A DNA stretch of 64,000 nucleotides from positions 11,939-75,938 of the forward strand of contig JAUCBJ010006791.1 of NCBI GenBank assembly GCA_032718475.1, given 5' to 3'. Of the stretch, positions 34,101 to 47,660 are shown piece after piece. The notes beneath the pieces are model-generated. The model saw nothing but the letters and a program-made list of their open reading frames with translations, was not told the origin of the DNA and made no database searches. Every line of letters begins with the position of its first letter. Position 1 is the stretch's first letter. The stretch is from Nemertoderma westbladi (taxonomy: Eukaryota; Animalia; Xenacoelomorpha). The translations under genes and the position numbers were made by a program.

Positions 34101-37100
34101 AGGTCCATGATGGAGTCAGTTCACCACCATTTTTTGGTGGCGAACAGATTGAGGTCCATGATGGAGTCAGTTCACCACCATTTTTTGGTGGCGAACAGAT
34201 TGAGGTCCATGATGGAGTCAGTTCACCATCATTTTTTGGTGGCGAACAGATTGAGGTCCATGATGGTGTCAGTTCACCATCATTTTTTGGTGGCGAACAG
34301 ATTGAGGTCCATGATGGAGTCAGTTCACCGCCATTTTTTGGTGGCGAACAGATTGAGGTCCACGATGGAGTGTTGTTCACCACCATTTTTTTGTGGCGAA
34401 CAGATAGAGGTCCATGATGGAGTCATTTCACCACCATTTTTTGGTGGCGAACAGATTGAGGTCCATGATGGAGTCAGTTCACCACCATTTTTTGGTGGCG
34501 AACAGATTGAGGTCCATGATGGAGTCAGTTCACCACCATTTTTTGGTGGCGAACAGATAAGGTCCATGATGGAGTCAGTTCACCACCATTTTTTGGTGGC
34601 GAACAGATTGAGGTCCATGATGGAGTCAGTTCACCACCATTTTTTGGTGGCGAACAGATTGAGGTCCATGATGGAGTCAGTTCACCACCATTTTTTGGTG
34701 GCGAACAGATTGAGGTCCATGATGGAGTCAGTTCACCACCATTTTTTGGTGGCGAACAGATTGAGGTCCATGATGGAGTTAGTTCACCACCATTTTTTGG
34801 TGGCGAACAGATTGAGGTCCATGATGGAGTCAGTTCACCACCATTTTTTGGTGGCGAACAGATTGAGGTCCATGATGGAGTCAGTTCACCACCATTTTTT
34901 GGTGGCGAACAGATTGAGGTCCATGATGGAGTCAGTTCACCACCATTTTTTGGTGGCGAACAGATTGAGGTCCATGATGGAGTCAGTTCACCATCATTTT
35001 TTGGTGGCGAACAGATTGAGGTCCATGATGGTGTCAGTTCACCATCATTTTTTGGTGGCGAACAGATTGAGGTCCATGATGGAGTCAGTTCACCACCATT
35101 TTTTGGTGGCGAACAGATTGAGGTCCACGATGGAGTGTTGTTCACCACCATTTTTTGGTGGCGAACAGATAGAGGTCCATGATGGAGTCAGTTCACCACC
35201 ATTTTTTGGTGGCGAACAGATTGAGGTCCATGATGGAGTCAGTTCACCACCATTTTTTGGTGGCGAACAGATTGAGGTCCATGATGGAGTCAGTTCACCA
35301 CCATTTTTTGGTGGCGAACAGATAGAGGTCCATGATGGAGTCATGTTCACCACCATTTTTTGGTGGCGAACAGATTGAGGTCCATGATGGAGTCAGTTCA
35401 CCACCATTTTTTGGTGGCGAACAGATTGAGGTCCATGATGGAGTCAGTTCACCACCATTTTTTGGTGGCGAACAGATTGAGGTCCATGATGGAGTCAGTT
35501 CACCACCATTTTTTGGTGGCGAACAGATTGAGGTCCATGATGGAGTCAGTTCACCATCATTTTTTGGTGGCGAACAGATTGAGGTCCATGATGGAGTCAG
35601 TTCACCACCATTTTTTGGTGGCGAACAGATTGAGGTCCATGATGGAGTCAGTTCACCACCATTTTTTGGTGGCGAACAGATTGAGGTCCATGATGGAGTG
35701 TTGTTCACCACCATTTTTTGGTGGCGAACAGATTGAGGTCCATGATGGAGTCAGTTCACCATCATTTTTTGGTGGCGAACAGATTGAGGTCCATGATGGA
35801 GTCAGTTCACCACCATTTTTTGGTGGCGAACAGATTGAGGTCCATGATGGAGTGTTGTTCACCACCATTTTTTGGTGGCGAACAGATTGAGGTCCATGAT
35901 GGAGTCAGTTCACCATCATTTTTTGGTGGCGAACAGATTGAGGTCCATGATGGAGTCAGTTCACCACCATTTTTTGGTGGCGAACAGATTGAGGTCCATG
36001 ATGGAGTCAGTTCACCACCATTTTTTGGTGGCGAACAGATTGAGGTCCATGATGGAGTGTTGTTCACCACCATTTTTTGGTGGCGAACAGATTGAGGTCC
36101 ATGATGGAGTCAGTTCACCACCATTTTTTGGTGGCGAACAGATTGAGGTCCATGATGGAGTCAGTTCACCACCATTTTTTGGTGGCGAACAGATTGAGGT
36201 CCATGATGGAGTCAGTTCACCACCATTTTTTGGTGGCGAACAGATTGAGGTCCATGATGGAGTGTTGTTCACCACCATTTTTTGGTGGCGAACAGATTGA
36301 GGTCCATGATGGAGTCAGTTCACCACCATTTTTTGGTGGCGAACAGATTGAGGTCCATGATGGAGTCAGTTCACCACCATTTTTTGGTGGCGAACAGATT
36401 GAGGTCCATGATGGAGTCAGTTCACCACCATTTTTTGGTGGCGAACAGATTGAGGTCCATGATGGAGTCAGTTCACCACCATTTTTTGGTGGCGAACAGA
36501 TTGAGGTCTATGATGGAGTGTTGTTCACCACCATTTTTTGGTGGCGAACAGATTGAGGTCCATGATGGAGTCAGTTCACCACCATTTTTTGGTGGCGAAC
36601 AGATTGAGGTCCATGATGGAGTCAGTTCACCACCATTTTTTGGTGGCGAACAGATTGAGGTCCATGATGGAGTCAGTTCACCACCATTTTTTGGTGGCGA
36701 ACAGATTGAGGTCCATGATGGAGTCAGTTCACCACCATTTTTTGGTGGCGAACAGATTGAGGTCCATGATGGAGTCAGTTCACCACCATTTTTTGGTGGC
36801 GAACAGATTGAGGTCCATGATGGAGTGTTGTTCACCACCATTTTTTGGTGGCGAACAGATTGAGGTCCATGATGGAGTGTTGTTCACCACCATTTTTTGG
36901 TGGCGAACAGATTGAGGTCCATGATGGAGTCAGTTCACCACCATTTTTTGGTGGCAAACAGATTGAGGTCCATGATGGAGTCAGTGCACCACCATTTTTT
37001 GGTGGCGAACAGATTGAGGTCCATGATGGAGTGTTGTTCACCACCATTTTTTGGTGGCGAACAGATTGAGGTCCATGATGGAGTCAGTTGACCACCATTT

Positions 37101-38877
37101 TTTGGTGGCGAACAGATTGAGGTCCATGATGGATTCAGTTCACCATCATTTTTTGGTGGCGAACAGATTGAGGTCCATGATGGAGTCAGTTCACCACCAT
37201 TTTTTGGTGGCGAACAGATTGAGGTCCATGATGGAGTCAGTTCACCACCATTTTTTGGTGGCGAACAGATTGAGGTCCATGATGGAGTCAGTTCACCACC
37301 ATTTTTTAGTGGCAAACAGATTGAGGTCCATGATGGAGTCAGTTCACCAGCATTTTTTGGTGGCGAACAGATTGAGGTCCATGATGGAGTCAGTTCACCA
37401 CCATTTTTTGGTGGCGAACAGATTGAGGTCCATGATGGAGTCAGTTCACCACCATTTTTTGGTGGCGAACAGATTGAGGTCCATGATGGAGTCAGTTCAC
37501 CATCATTTTTTGGTGGCGAACAGATTGAGGTCCATGATGGAGTGTTGTTCACCACCATTTTTTGGTGGCGAACAGATTGAGGTCCATGATGGAGTCAGTT
37601 CACCACCATTTTTTGGTGGCGAACAGATTGAGGTCCATGATGGAGTGTTGTTCACCACCATTTTTTGGTGGCGAACAGATTGAGGTCCATGATGGAGTGT
37701 TGTTCACCACCATTTTTTGGTGGCGAACAGATTGAGGTCCATGATGGAGTGTTGTTCACCACCATTTTTTGGTGGCGAACAGATTGAGGTCCATGATGGA
37801 GTCAGTTCACCACCATTTTTTGGTGGCGAACAGATTGGGGTCCATGATGGAGTGTTGTTCACCACCATTTTTTGGTGGCGAACAGATTGAGGTTCATGAT
37901 GCAGTCAGTTCACCACCATTTTTTGGTGGCGAACAGATTGAGGTCCATGATGGAGTCAGTTCACCACCATTTTTTGGTGCGAACAGATTGAGGTCCATGA
38001 TGGAGTCAGTTCACCACCATTTTTTGGTGGCGAACAGATTGAGGTCCATGATGGAGTCAGTTCACCACCATTTTTTGGTGGCGAACGGATTGAGGTCCAT
38101 GATGGAGTCAGTTCACCAGCATTTTTTGATGGCGAACAGATTGAGGTCGATGATGGAGTCAGTTCACCACCATTTTTTGGTGGCGAACAGATAAGGTCCA
38201 TGATGGAGTCAGTTCACCACCATGTTTTGGTGGCGAACAGATTGAGGTCCATGATGGAGTCAGTTCACCACCATTTTTTGGTGGCGAACAGATTGAGGTC
38301 CATGATGGAGTGTTGTTCACCACCATTTTTTGGTGGCGAACAGATTGAGGTCCATGATGGAGTCAGTTCACCACCATTTTTTGGTGGCGAACAGATTGAG
38401 GTCCATGATGGAGTCAGTTCACCACCATTTTTTGGTGGCGAACGGATTGAGGTCCATGATGGAGTCAGTTCACCACCATTTTTTGGTGGCGAACAGATAA
38501 GGTCCATGATGGAGTCAGTTCACCACCACTTTTTGGTGGCGAACAGGTTGAGGTCCATGATGGAGTCAGTTCACCACCATTTTTTGGTGGCGAAAAGATA
38601 AGGTCCATGATGGAGTCAGTTCACCACCATTTTTTGGTGGCGAACAGATTGAGGTCCATGATGGAGTCAGTTCACCACCATTTTTTGGTGTCGAACAGAT
38701 TGAGGTCCATGATGGAGTCAGTTCACCACCATTTTTTGGTGGCGAACAGATTGAGGTCCATGATGGAGTTAGTTCACCACCATTTTTTGGTGGCGAACAG
38801 ATTGAGGTCCATGATGGAGTCAGTTCACCACCATTTTTTGGTGGCGAACAGATTGAGGTCCATGATGGAGTCAGTTC
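31142..38877. repeat. 51-bp hairpin-containing satellite, about 150 copies
   Basis: Unit ATGATGGAGTCAGTTCACCACCATTTTTTGGTGGCGAACAGATTGAGGTCC with 49- and 52-bp variants. Confidence 0.99.
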
Positions 38878-38879
38878 TA

Positions 38880-39000
38880 GTAGCTGCGGTTGTGGTCATC
38901 GCCTCGCAGGCCTGCCCCATTGCCACTGGAGCATAGGTGGGCCTGGGCAAACTGGAGTCTGCGGCATATCCCACCCAATACACAGATGAGTCACATTACA
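38880..39000 (+). mobile_element. Possible Tc1-type transposase remnant
   Basis: Fragmentary translation RRPAPLPLEHRWAWANWSLRH...YTDES resembles the Tc1 RRP..PL..HR..WA..W..FTDES region; heavily decayed. Confidence 0.3.
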
Positions 39001-40472
39001 TCATGCCAGCGCACCTGGCAACCAGTGACCCCATGAGGTATTGTATAAGGATGTCTGTTTCCTTATACTACATGGAATATGTGCGATACAAACTAGTGGA
39101 TTAAACAACATCATCCTTGTTGTCGCATATATTGTTGTAATGCTGTTTATTTGCATGAACTCTTTGGTCAAGGATTGAGGTCACTGAGTGGTTGTCCTGG
39201 ATGGAAGAGGTGGTGTGAAATTTATTGTTTGGTAATTCTACGACCTGATCTTGTTACCATCGTGTTTGGTGTATTTGTCAAGGCAACTAAGGGTTTTGTA
39301 TTATTAACAATTTTCCCAGTTGATGTAGATACGAATGTTGAAGTCAGTGTGGGTTTCACATTATCTTGATCTTCATTATTAATAGCAGCAGAATGATATG
39401 GGTAATTATCAATCTCAAGTGGCACAAGTAGGTGTGCTGATCGGGTTGTCGTTTTCCCATGGATCTTAAGATCAACAGCGTGATCTTTACCATCTCACCC
39501 TGTTAGTAAACGAGTAACATGGGCCAGAGGCCATTTACCTCGAGGAAGCCATCCACAGCCTTTTGGAGCAGATTCTCGAACAAATACAATTGCCCCCACA
39601 CTTGGCATACTACCATGTGAACTGGTTGATCTCCATGTACTAAGAGAATTCAAGTAATCTCGAGACCATAACTTCCAGCATAACTGACTTGCTTTATTAC
39701 GCTTCAATAGTGTTTGGCAAATGTTATCTGCATTAATTGCAATGATATCTAGTTCATTATCGGCTGGTGGTGGTGTGCCATAGAGGAAATGACTGGGTGT
39801 AATTACTGACAGATCATTGAAATCATTCGAAGATGCAGTAAGTGGACGTTCATTGCTGATTCAGTCTCAGCCAAGAAAGCTTCTAACTCTCTGACACCAT
39901 GACAAACTGTCTGTATACAGTTCTTTATAATGCGGTTTAACCGCTCCCAAAACCCACCCCAGTAGGGTGATCGAGCTGGAATGAAATTCCAATTGATAAT
40001 GTGCGATGGAAATTTCATTGTCGATACCTTCAAAAAGGTCTTTGCATTGTCTGATCTGAAATGGACTTCTCAAAAAAGTGGAATTCTGCGAGCCAGGAAT
40101 TTTCAGAAAGACAAATGAGTAGTAGTTGCTTGGAGATCATCTACGAGTTCCAGGTGGACAGCTCATATACTTGCACAGGTAAATAGTAGAATATAAGCTT
40201 TAGTCTTCTCTTCAATATATATAGGTCCAAGATGGTCAACTCCAGTAGTATGGAATGGAACAACAGGTGTGGTCTGGAATGGTTGAAGTGCAGACTATGG
40301 TGGGTTATAAGGTGTGGCTCAGTAACGTTTACATTTTGGGCCACTATAAACTAGCTTATGTACCATAGATCTACCTTTAGGTATCCAATATTTTGTGCGA
40401 ACCTGTGATAATGTTGCTTCAACACCTTGATCCTGAAGAACTGAATGTATATGAAATACAATATGGAAGAAG

Positions 40473-40955
40473 CTACTACTACTACTAGGATCGGCATGCT
40501 GCATTGCAGCTGCATTTGTAAGAATGCTGTGCCGGCTTGTCGACAAAATTGCGCCGCCACAACTCCTTATCACCCATGACATTTGCTAGATCATCCGCAT
40601 CTTCAAGGCCAGTGTCCTTTAAGATGCGTCTCAAGAAAGTCATGGGCTGTCCACCATGCTTATTCATATCCACTCCATGAGGCTGCCAAAGTACAAGATT
40701 ATGCACTGGCTGGTCCTCACGGCGAAAGCAATGTCCTGCAAAGCGGAGGCGATTTTGTTCTAGTGTCAAGCTTGGGGGAACCAATGAGACACCTCCAATG
40801 TTATATAGTGTCTGGTTGGAGATGTGTGCATTGTACTTGACACAATGAACCCGGCCTAGCATTCCTGTGAATGTGCCATCCAGAGATTTGGTGTCCTCAG
40901 CAGTTAGAGCCCAGCATGGACTCCCATAGAGGAGTACTAGAACTACTGCTGCTCT
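40473..40955 (-). mobile_element. RTE LINE 3' fragment
   Basis: LLYGSPCW..RLRFAGHCFRR; (TAG)n tail; nearly identical to 49270-49733. Confidence 0.9.
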
Positions 40956-42259
40956 GTTCAACCCAGATTAAATAGTTTAGAGCAAATTTGAGTTCTACAG
41001 TCCATAGAAAACCTGATACCCTAGTAGTGAGTATATGTTGGGAATTTGTGATAAATCTAAATACCCAAGAGGTTGACACGAACTAAATGAACAAAATTAG
41101 AGAATCGAGTAATATCAAAAGGTGATTCAAATAAAGGATCAGGATTTCCAATAGTAAGTAACTGGGGTGGAGCTGTCGGTGGTTGAGGCCAATATATTTG
41201 AGGTTCACGGAGAAATGGTGGACCATGATGGTACAGATTGCTGTTTGCTAACGCTGACAAGCGAGCTCCCTGTGAAGAATTAGGTGTATCAGAATATATA
41301 TCCATTGATCAGGTAACGTATATAATGTAATAATTATGATCAACAAAAATTATGTCACTATCAGTATCCCAACTTACACCTAGAACTTTGGTTGGGTTTT
41401 GTGCCTAATATTTGGGCAAAGACATTCACTTGTCCAGTCCAAGCATTAAAAGACATTGGTTGGTCTGAAAAACTACTGCTCAGGTCAAATAATACACATT
41501 GCGATTGTTGGGTATGTATATATTCCCCAAATGACCCAGTGGTCAATGTTATGGAATCACAAACGGGTAAATCCAGTGAGGTCGCTGTTTCGCAGCGAAT
41601 ATATGATCGTTTGGACCCATTGTCCAACCAAGTATAATAAATATATCCAAATTCCAGAATTTCCACCTGGTACTGTAATAAATGCTTTTGCAATTTCCAC
41701 AAATACTTTACAAGAACCTATATTTGTGGCAGAGTTCGTGGGTTCAATGTCAATATTGGACAATGCTGGAGTAGATGGATATGAATGTTGAGAAGGCTGA
41801 AAGGATCTTGGACCCCTTGAATTTAGATGAATTGGGGGCTGATTAAAAGGCAATATACTTGTATTACTGGTACGGTTTGGTTGATTAGGTATATTATTGG
41901 TATGGTTACTACTACCACCAGCTGCATACTTTGGAGTATGAGTAGGTCCATTGCAAAGGGAATTACGGTTAGTGTTTGATTTTGGGGAGAAACATAACAT
42001 AGAATGGTGACGTTTGTCACAGTAATGACACAGCTGAGTAGATTGACATTCTTCATTCAGATTGACTCTGGTGAGGTCCCAAACAATTTCTACAAAAGTT
42101 AGAAGAAAACATAAGCTGGGAACGTTATTGTGGTGTTTTATTGATAAAGGACCTGCAATTCTTAACTCCATGTGGCTTTCCTCTACAGGTAGGGCAAGCA
42201 ATCTATAACAGCTCGATAACAGGTAAAGATGACGTAGTAAAATTCTGGGAGACATATTT

Positions 42260-43351
42260 TGTACCAGAGCTATAATAGTTAGGTTTTATGGAATTATGGT
42301 TTACTATTACCATTACACTATGGAACCAACTGCCTGCCGAACTTAGAAACGTCAGCGAGATCGAACTGTTTAAAACTAAATTAAAAACCCATCTTTTTAG
42401 ATCTGCCTACCATTAAATATCACCTACTTTTTAAATTTTATTACAGTATGATCATTTGTAATTACTTTATTAATTTTATCGTACATTTTAACTATACTAG
42501 ACACCATTTAACATTGACTCTATATTTTATATCATATATGTTCCGAACTGAACTTGATGTATTTTATTAATATGTAATATGTGCTTGTCATTTCATAATT
42601 TTATTTTACACCTTATGTTTTTTGAGTTTGGTACACCTTATGATACAACTGTATGTCTGTCCTGTATATGGTTTATCAATTTCTATTTTTATTTATGAAC
42701 CATTCGCTCTATATTTTTAAGCCCTAAGTAATACCTTTTAATATGCATATTTTTTAATTATTATTTATTATTATTATCTTTAATCCACGCCATTAAGGCA
42801 CATAGTAAAAATAAATACATAATTAAATTGGACAATAGAAATACACAGGTAGATGAGTCTAAATAAGATGGGGTACATGAAAAGCATAAGTAAGATTATT
42901 AACTATTAGCACAGCACAACTATATTACAGTAATTAGTGTTATTTTACGTAATTTAAGTTCAACATTTCACGAATACGCGAAACGCCATGTTGCCGACAG
43001 ATAACAGACACACCCCGTAGGATGCTATTGTCAATGTTGTCAACCCTGTTGAACAAACTCGTAATCGATTTATAACGTAAGTGAATGAATAAAGGTATAA
43101 TCAGTAGATCAAATGTCAGAGAAATACTAGTGGATTCTCCATCAGTATTCTACGTATAATTTTACTTACTTTGTATAACTTAACTATAGTTATATATTAC
43201 TACTTGTACTAAATTTACTTACTTATTAATATGTTCCGTTTTTACGCACCACACATTGTATCTATACCGGTTTGTCTCGAGCTCTTGCAAATCTCAGCGC
43301 CTTAGAGTACGCCACAATTGTAATTTTGGCGCTTTACAAATATATTTATTA
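42260..43351 (+). mobile_element. L2 LINE 3' fragment (tail resumes at 46114)
   Basis: LWNQLPAELRN..LFKTKLKTHLF; 3' end CAGCGCC..GGCGCTTTACAAAT followed by (TAT)n. Confidence 0.75.
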
Positions 43352-46113
43352 TAGTCCAGTAGACGCTCAATAGAGCTCAAGGGAGGACCGTGAACTTGGG
43401 TCATCACGCAATTTTATTTTCTCAATGTCTTCCCTGATAATAATAATGTAAATATTCACCGGGTGCCAGTTGGGATACCTTGGGGAATTTTTTTTACAGC
43501 ATAAAATACAAGTGCAAATTATTCAACCTATTCCAAAAATTGCATTAAATTATAAACGTTTGTTACTGGAGTAATTAAATTAAGTGTTCTAGAACAGAGA
43601 TAAACAACTACGTATATCTGTATATGTTTAGATCTGAATATACTGTAATTGCAGTATAATTAGCTATGATATGAAAGCTTTGATTACCCATATTTTGCAA
43701 ATCTTTTAACGGTATGTAGGCCTACGCCTTTGCTCGTTTGTTTTATTTATTGTTCACCACCGTTTCGTTAACCGCTTCGTTTATATATTGCCTACCGCCT
43801 CGTAATTTAACTTGGTTTACACACACACTTTATTGGTGATTAGTCTTATTTATTGAAATTGATATAGCTAGTATTTTTTATAGCAGCACACAGCGGCACA
43901 TTTATTCATAAAACCAAAAAATAATATTACGTTACTTGTTTTGTATTTTACATATCTAGTGTTTTTTATGGTTGTTAGCAGTTTTAGTTGAATTGAAAAT
44001 GAATTTAGCTAAATTGAAAATATTAATTCTAAAATATTCCAGAATAAGCAAAAAGTAAAAACATAAGAAAGGGGAAGTCACTTGGTGGATTGAAGGGGAA
44101 AACTCTGTCCCAAGAACAGTCGACCATTTGGGTGTTATCCCACCACATAGGCAATATGTTTGCCTTGGGTGTGGATAACATGTTTGATTCTGGGTCAGTG
44201 GAGGATGATGAAAATCTTGAAGGTGATTTAAGGCCGCGTTCACACTACCGAGTCAAAGTCAAAGTCAAAAGACAAAATGTAAATCACAAAACATGAAATT
44301 AAATTTTTTCTAGAATCCCCTTATGTATTATATTAGGCCTATATAATGTATTATTATTTATGATTGCTAGCTAACTATATTTATTTTATTTGTCTTTTAT
44401 TACTTTGACTCGGTAAGTGTGAACGCGGCCTTAGACCACATAAAGAGGAAGGCACTACAGCACTAAGCGGCGGCATCTTGATGCCGGTGATAGAATCAGT
44501 ATACTTCGAACATTAAAAAACATTATACTAATGAGTTGATCAATATTGTGAATGGTCGTATAGCTCCACCAGAAGTCAATGTCGATAATGCCGTAAAGTT
44601 GGAGTTGGAGTCGGCAAGGGCATTCAAATCAACTCTCCCAAATGGTTTCTACCAGATAATAAATAACACGCTCAGTTTTAACTATGGATTTGAAACCCAC
44701 ACGTGGCAAACATGGTTATGCAAGACCTAAGATATGGAGAGATTATACGCAAGACTTTTGATTGTCTCACAGAAACGCAATATTGATTTGTTAGAATTGT
44801 TTAGCTATGAACTATGCGGCCATTACCTCCATCACTATTCAATGAGTATGGTGAATTACGTTCTGGAAAGAAAACTGATTTGGTTTCTCTGGCAGTAAAT
44901 GGGGCCAACCCACTCCCCCCTGTTGATTTGGAACTAGTTGATGGAAATGCTTCGCTATACCATACCGGTATTAATTGGTCTAACAAGTTATCTGTAGCCG
45001 CTTTTTGTGATGCCTACTGCAGCAAATATACAGATACAGTATAGCTGAACACCATCATGAAACGTATAATATTTGATCGTTACTTTCCAGGTAGCATTAA
45101 ATCTTTAGAAAGGGAAAAGCGTAATAAATCCAACAGTTATCAACAATATGAACTATCACTAGAAACAATTCTACCTTCCAGAGACACTATTATGAAGTCT
45201 GTGAACAATAAACAAATGTGTAATTATACAACACATAAATCATTACACCTTGTAATAAGAAACCACCACCATGTAACACCACCTAATAATATATTCGAAC
45301 ATGAAGAAGCTGATGTTACTATTATTAGTTACATGTTAAAGTTAACTGATTATGACAACATCAGACATATACAAATAACAACAGAAGATACAGACATTTT
45401 CGTACTAGCAGTATTCTTCTTCTTCTTCTGGCTATATCAACCAACTGTTCAACTCTCCATACGTCGATTTAATGGAAAAATCATAAATATCAACAGCACT
45501 GATATCCAACTCGGAAATCAGTGTGCTTGTCTCCTTTCTTTACACGCTTTATCTGTTGGGATACAGTATCATATCCATATGGGAAGGGAAAAAAGAACGC
45601 AATCAAATTGATGTGTACGTTGCACGAATCCCCGCAGATTTTCAGTGATCCAAATGTTACAGAAGAAGAATGGCTACAAATAGGCCTCTCGTTCATTATA
45701 CACCTCTATGGTGGTGGCATATCGGATACTCTGAATGAACTTCGACATAGGCTATTCACTACAAAGAAGCAACACCCTAAAGTATTCAACCTTCCCCCCA
45801 CACAGAGTGCCGCTGTACAACATGTAAAACGGGCTCGTTTGCAAGTTCTTTTGTGGAGAGCTGCTGATGATCCTGCACTTCCACTGTTGGCTGTTAACAA
45901 GTTTGGTGTGATGGCGATCAATGACAAACTGATAACGGATCCTGGCGTCTCATTGCTATGGAAACTTAGGTTAAGGGCTTTATAAAAAGTTCCCCAAAGG
46001 TGCCGAAGTGGCACCCGATGGATTTTGATTACTCTAAGGTCCGACTAAAGTTTAAGCAAATAAAAATGCGTGATGACCCAAAGTCACGGTGGACCCCTCT
46101 GTCTACCTGACTA
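43352..46113 (+). mobile_element. Academ (AcademX-like) DNA transposon, internally deleted and decayed
   Basis: TAG...CTA termini with imperfect TIRs (TAGTC..GTAGAC..ACCGTGA..TTGGGTCATCACGCA), TTA on both flanks; XPG/PIN-like motifs VDGN, FDRY, HEEAD, DTD, DTVS..GKGK, LPPT..HVKRA in broken frames 44090-45985. Confidence 0.75.
44232..44430. mobile_element. PIF/Harbinger-type MITE (199 bp)
   Basis: ~28-bp TIRs GGCCGCGTTCACACT(T)ACCGAGTCAAAGT; flanks TAA/TTA; removing it plus 3 bp restores the host frame (DLRPHKEE). Confidence 0.8.
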
Positions 46114-47239
46114 TTATTATTATTAAAGGTCAAACCAGTCGATTACATGGGATCGGTTCCATTCTAATACAACTTCAGGTGGAAGATTTTGTAACAAGAA
46201 TGGGGCCAATAACAAGGAGGTAAGATCGTTTGGCTTAGGGGATATGACAACATCAGATGCATTTGATGGTTGGAGTTAACAGGCCAGTGACTGGATTTCC
46301 CTGAGAGCACCTTGGAATAAGTCTACAGTTTTCCTAAATAAACTTACATTTCCATCAGTTATTATGGGTAGGTTACAAATACGGGATGAATAAAGACCTA
46401 TTAATAAGTGAGGATCCCATATCTGCGTTTCAATAAATCAACAGCAGTTTTGTAATTTTGGGCAATGGCAGATAGGCCTAATAGTGCATCTTTGGCATCA
46501 CCAACCAAGGAATAGCGAAGATATACAAATTGTTTAATATCTGGTAAACTACTTTCATTAAACTGGTCCCAGTAGGGTCGCCATTCCATAAAATCACCAT
46601 TAAATTTCGGAAACTTGTATTTTTGGCAGCCTAGATATACTAGGGGGTTCTTTAGAATCAGATGATACTGAGTGAATACTGCTATTGTGATCATGAAATC
46701 GGTCTAATCGTGTCAAAATACGATTAGATTTAAAAATTAAATCCTCCATTTCATGGTGATATGAACGGTCATCAGCTACACCACCATCTAACAACTTGGA
46801 ATCAATTTCATCAGTTTTCGACCCTGTATTTCTAAACATGAAATTTTGTAAGCTAGATCATCAGAATCTGCATTCTCACCAAGGTTACGTATAGCACGGA
46901 GATCATTCATTAACTGGGTGGCAGGTAGATGCAGTAGTACGAAATGCCTTTAGTTCATCTATTGAATGGGTATCTAGGCCTAATAAAACGGTTCGGCATC
47001 AGCAATTAAGCCTAGCTGCCTAGTTTGTGATTAGATTGTTAACAAAATGTAGAATCTTACAGTTTTACCTTGGTATCCTGTCTGAATCCTTCATAGTTCT
47101 GTTGTTTGCCGGTTCAAAGTGTATGCAAAGCTAAGTCCAAAATCAATAAGAGGCAATGATCAACAAAAAATAGATGTCACCAATATATCATCAACATCCT
47201 GATCTATACCTATAAAAATCAAATTCTGTCTGTCTCTCT

Positions 47240-47660
47240 CTCACAGCGATATCAAATGACGCCACCCTCTGATTGGTCCAGATAAAGCGTGCCACGAGGT
47301 CTGTTCAAACTCCCCCAACATCTGCGCAAACTCCCTCAACAGTTGCCCCCTGACGGTCAAGGTGTCCAGTGGCGAGTGTCACCTCCCGCTTGACTGAGGA
47401 TAGACCAATGACAGCTGCGATTAGACCACCAAAGACCTCCCTCACCTGACTTACAGCTGCGGGTGTGGGAGGTTGTAAACTCTTTCCCACACACAGCCCT
47501 TACACTCAGCTGGGAGGCTTGTTGGTGTCAGGCCATAGCGCAGTGGCAGACTCTCTCAGAACATCTCCGGGTCTAGGTCGGTGTTGTCATAAAGGTGTTT
47601 ATTGATCGAGCAGATTGCATGGGAAGATGAAGGATTGACAACCCGAACCATGTCGGACAC
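47240..47660 (-). mobile_element. Remnant of a restriction-like-endonuclease (CRE-like) non-LTR retrotransposon
   Basis: Translation LRYGLTPTSLPAECKGLCGKEFTTSH..CKSG matches the zinc-finger region of such elements. Confidence 0.5.

Larger units (their letters stand above)
39400..46950 (-). mobile_element. Decayed BEL/Pao element #3 with nested insertions
   Basis: Gag KFNGDFMEWRPYWDQF..LKRRYG (46400-46650), knuckle CHYCDKRHH, protease LDNGSKRSYI, PDQW..GPPFL, integrase SPYWGGFWERL and KWPLAHV; many stops and frameshifts. Confidence 0.85.

Noticed and set aside
31142-38877. CRISPR array (palindromic repeats)
   Set aside because: Sequence between hairpins is the same in each unit, there are no cas genes, and the context is eukaryotic.
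31140-38936. Many ORFs (MMESVHHH..., GGEQIEVHD..., TPSWTSIC...)
   Set aside because: By-products of a 51-bp unit; frames switch at every 49/52-bp variant.
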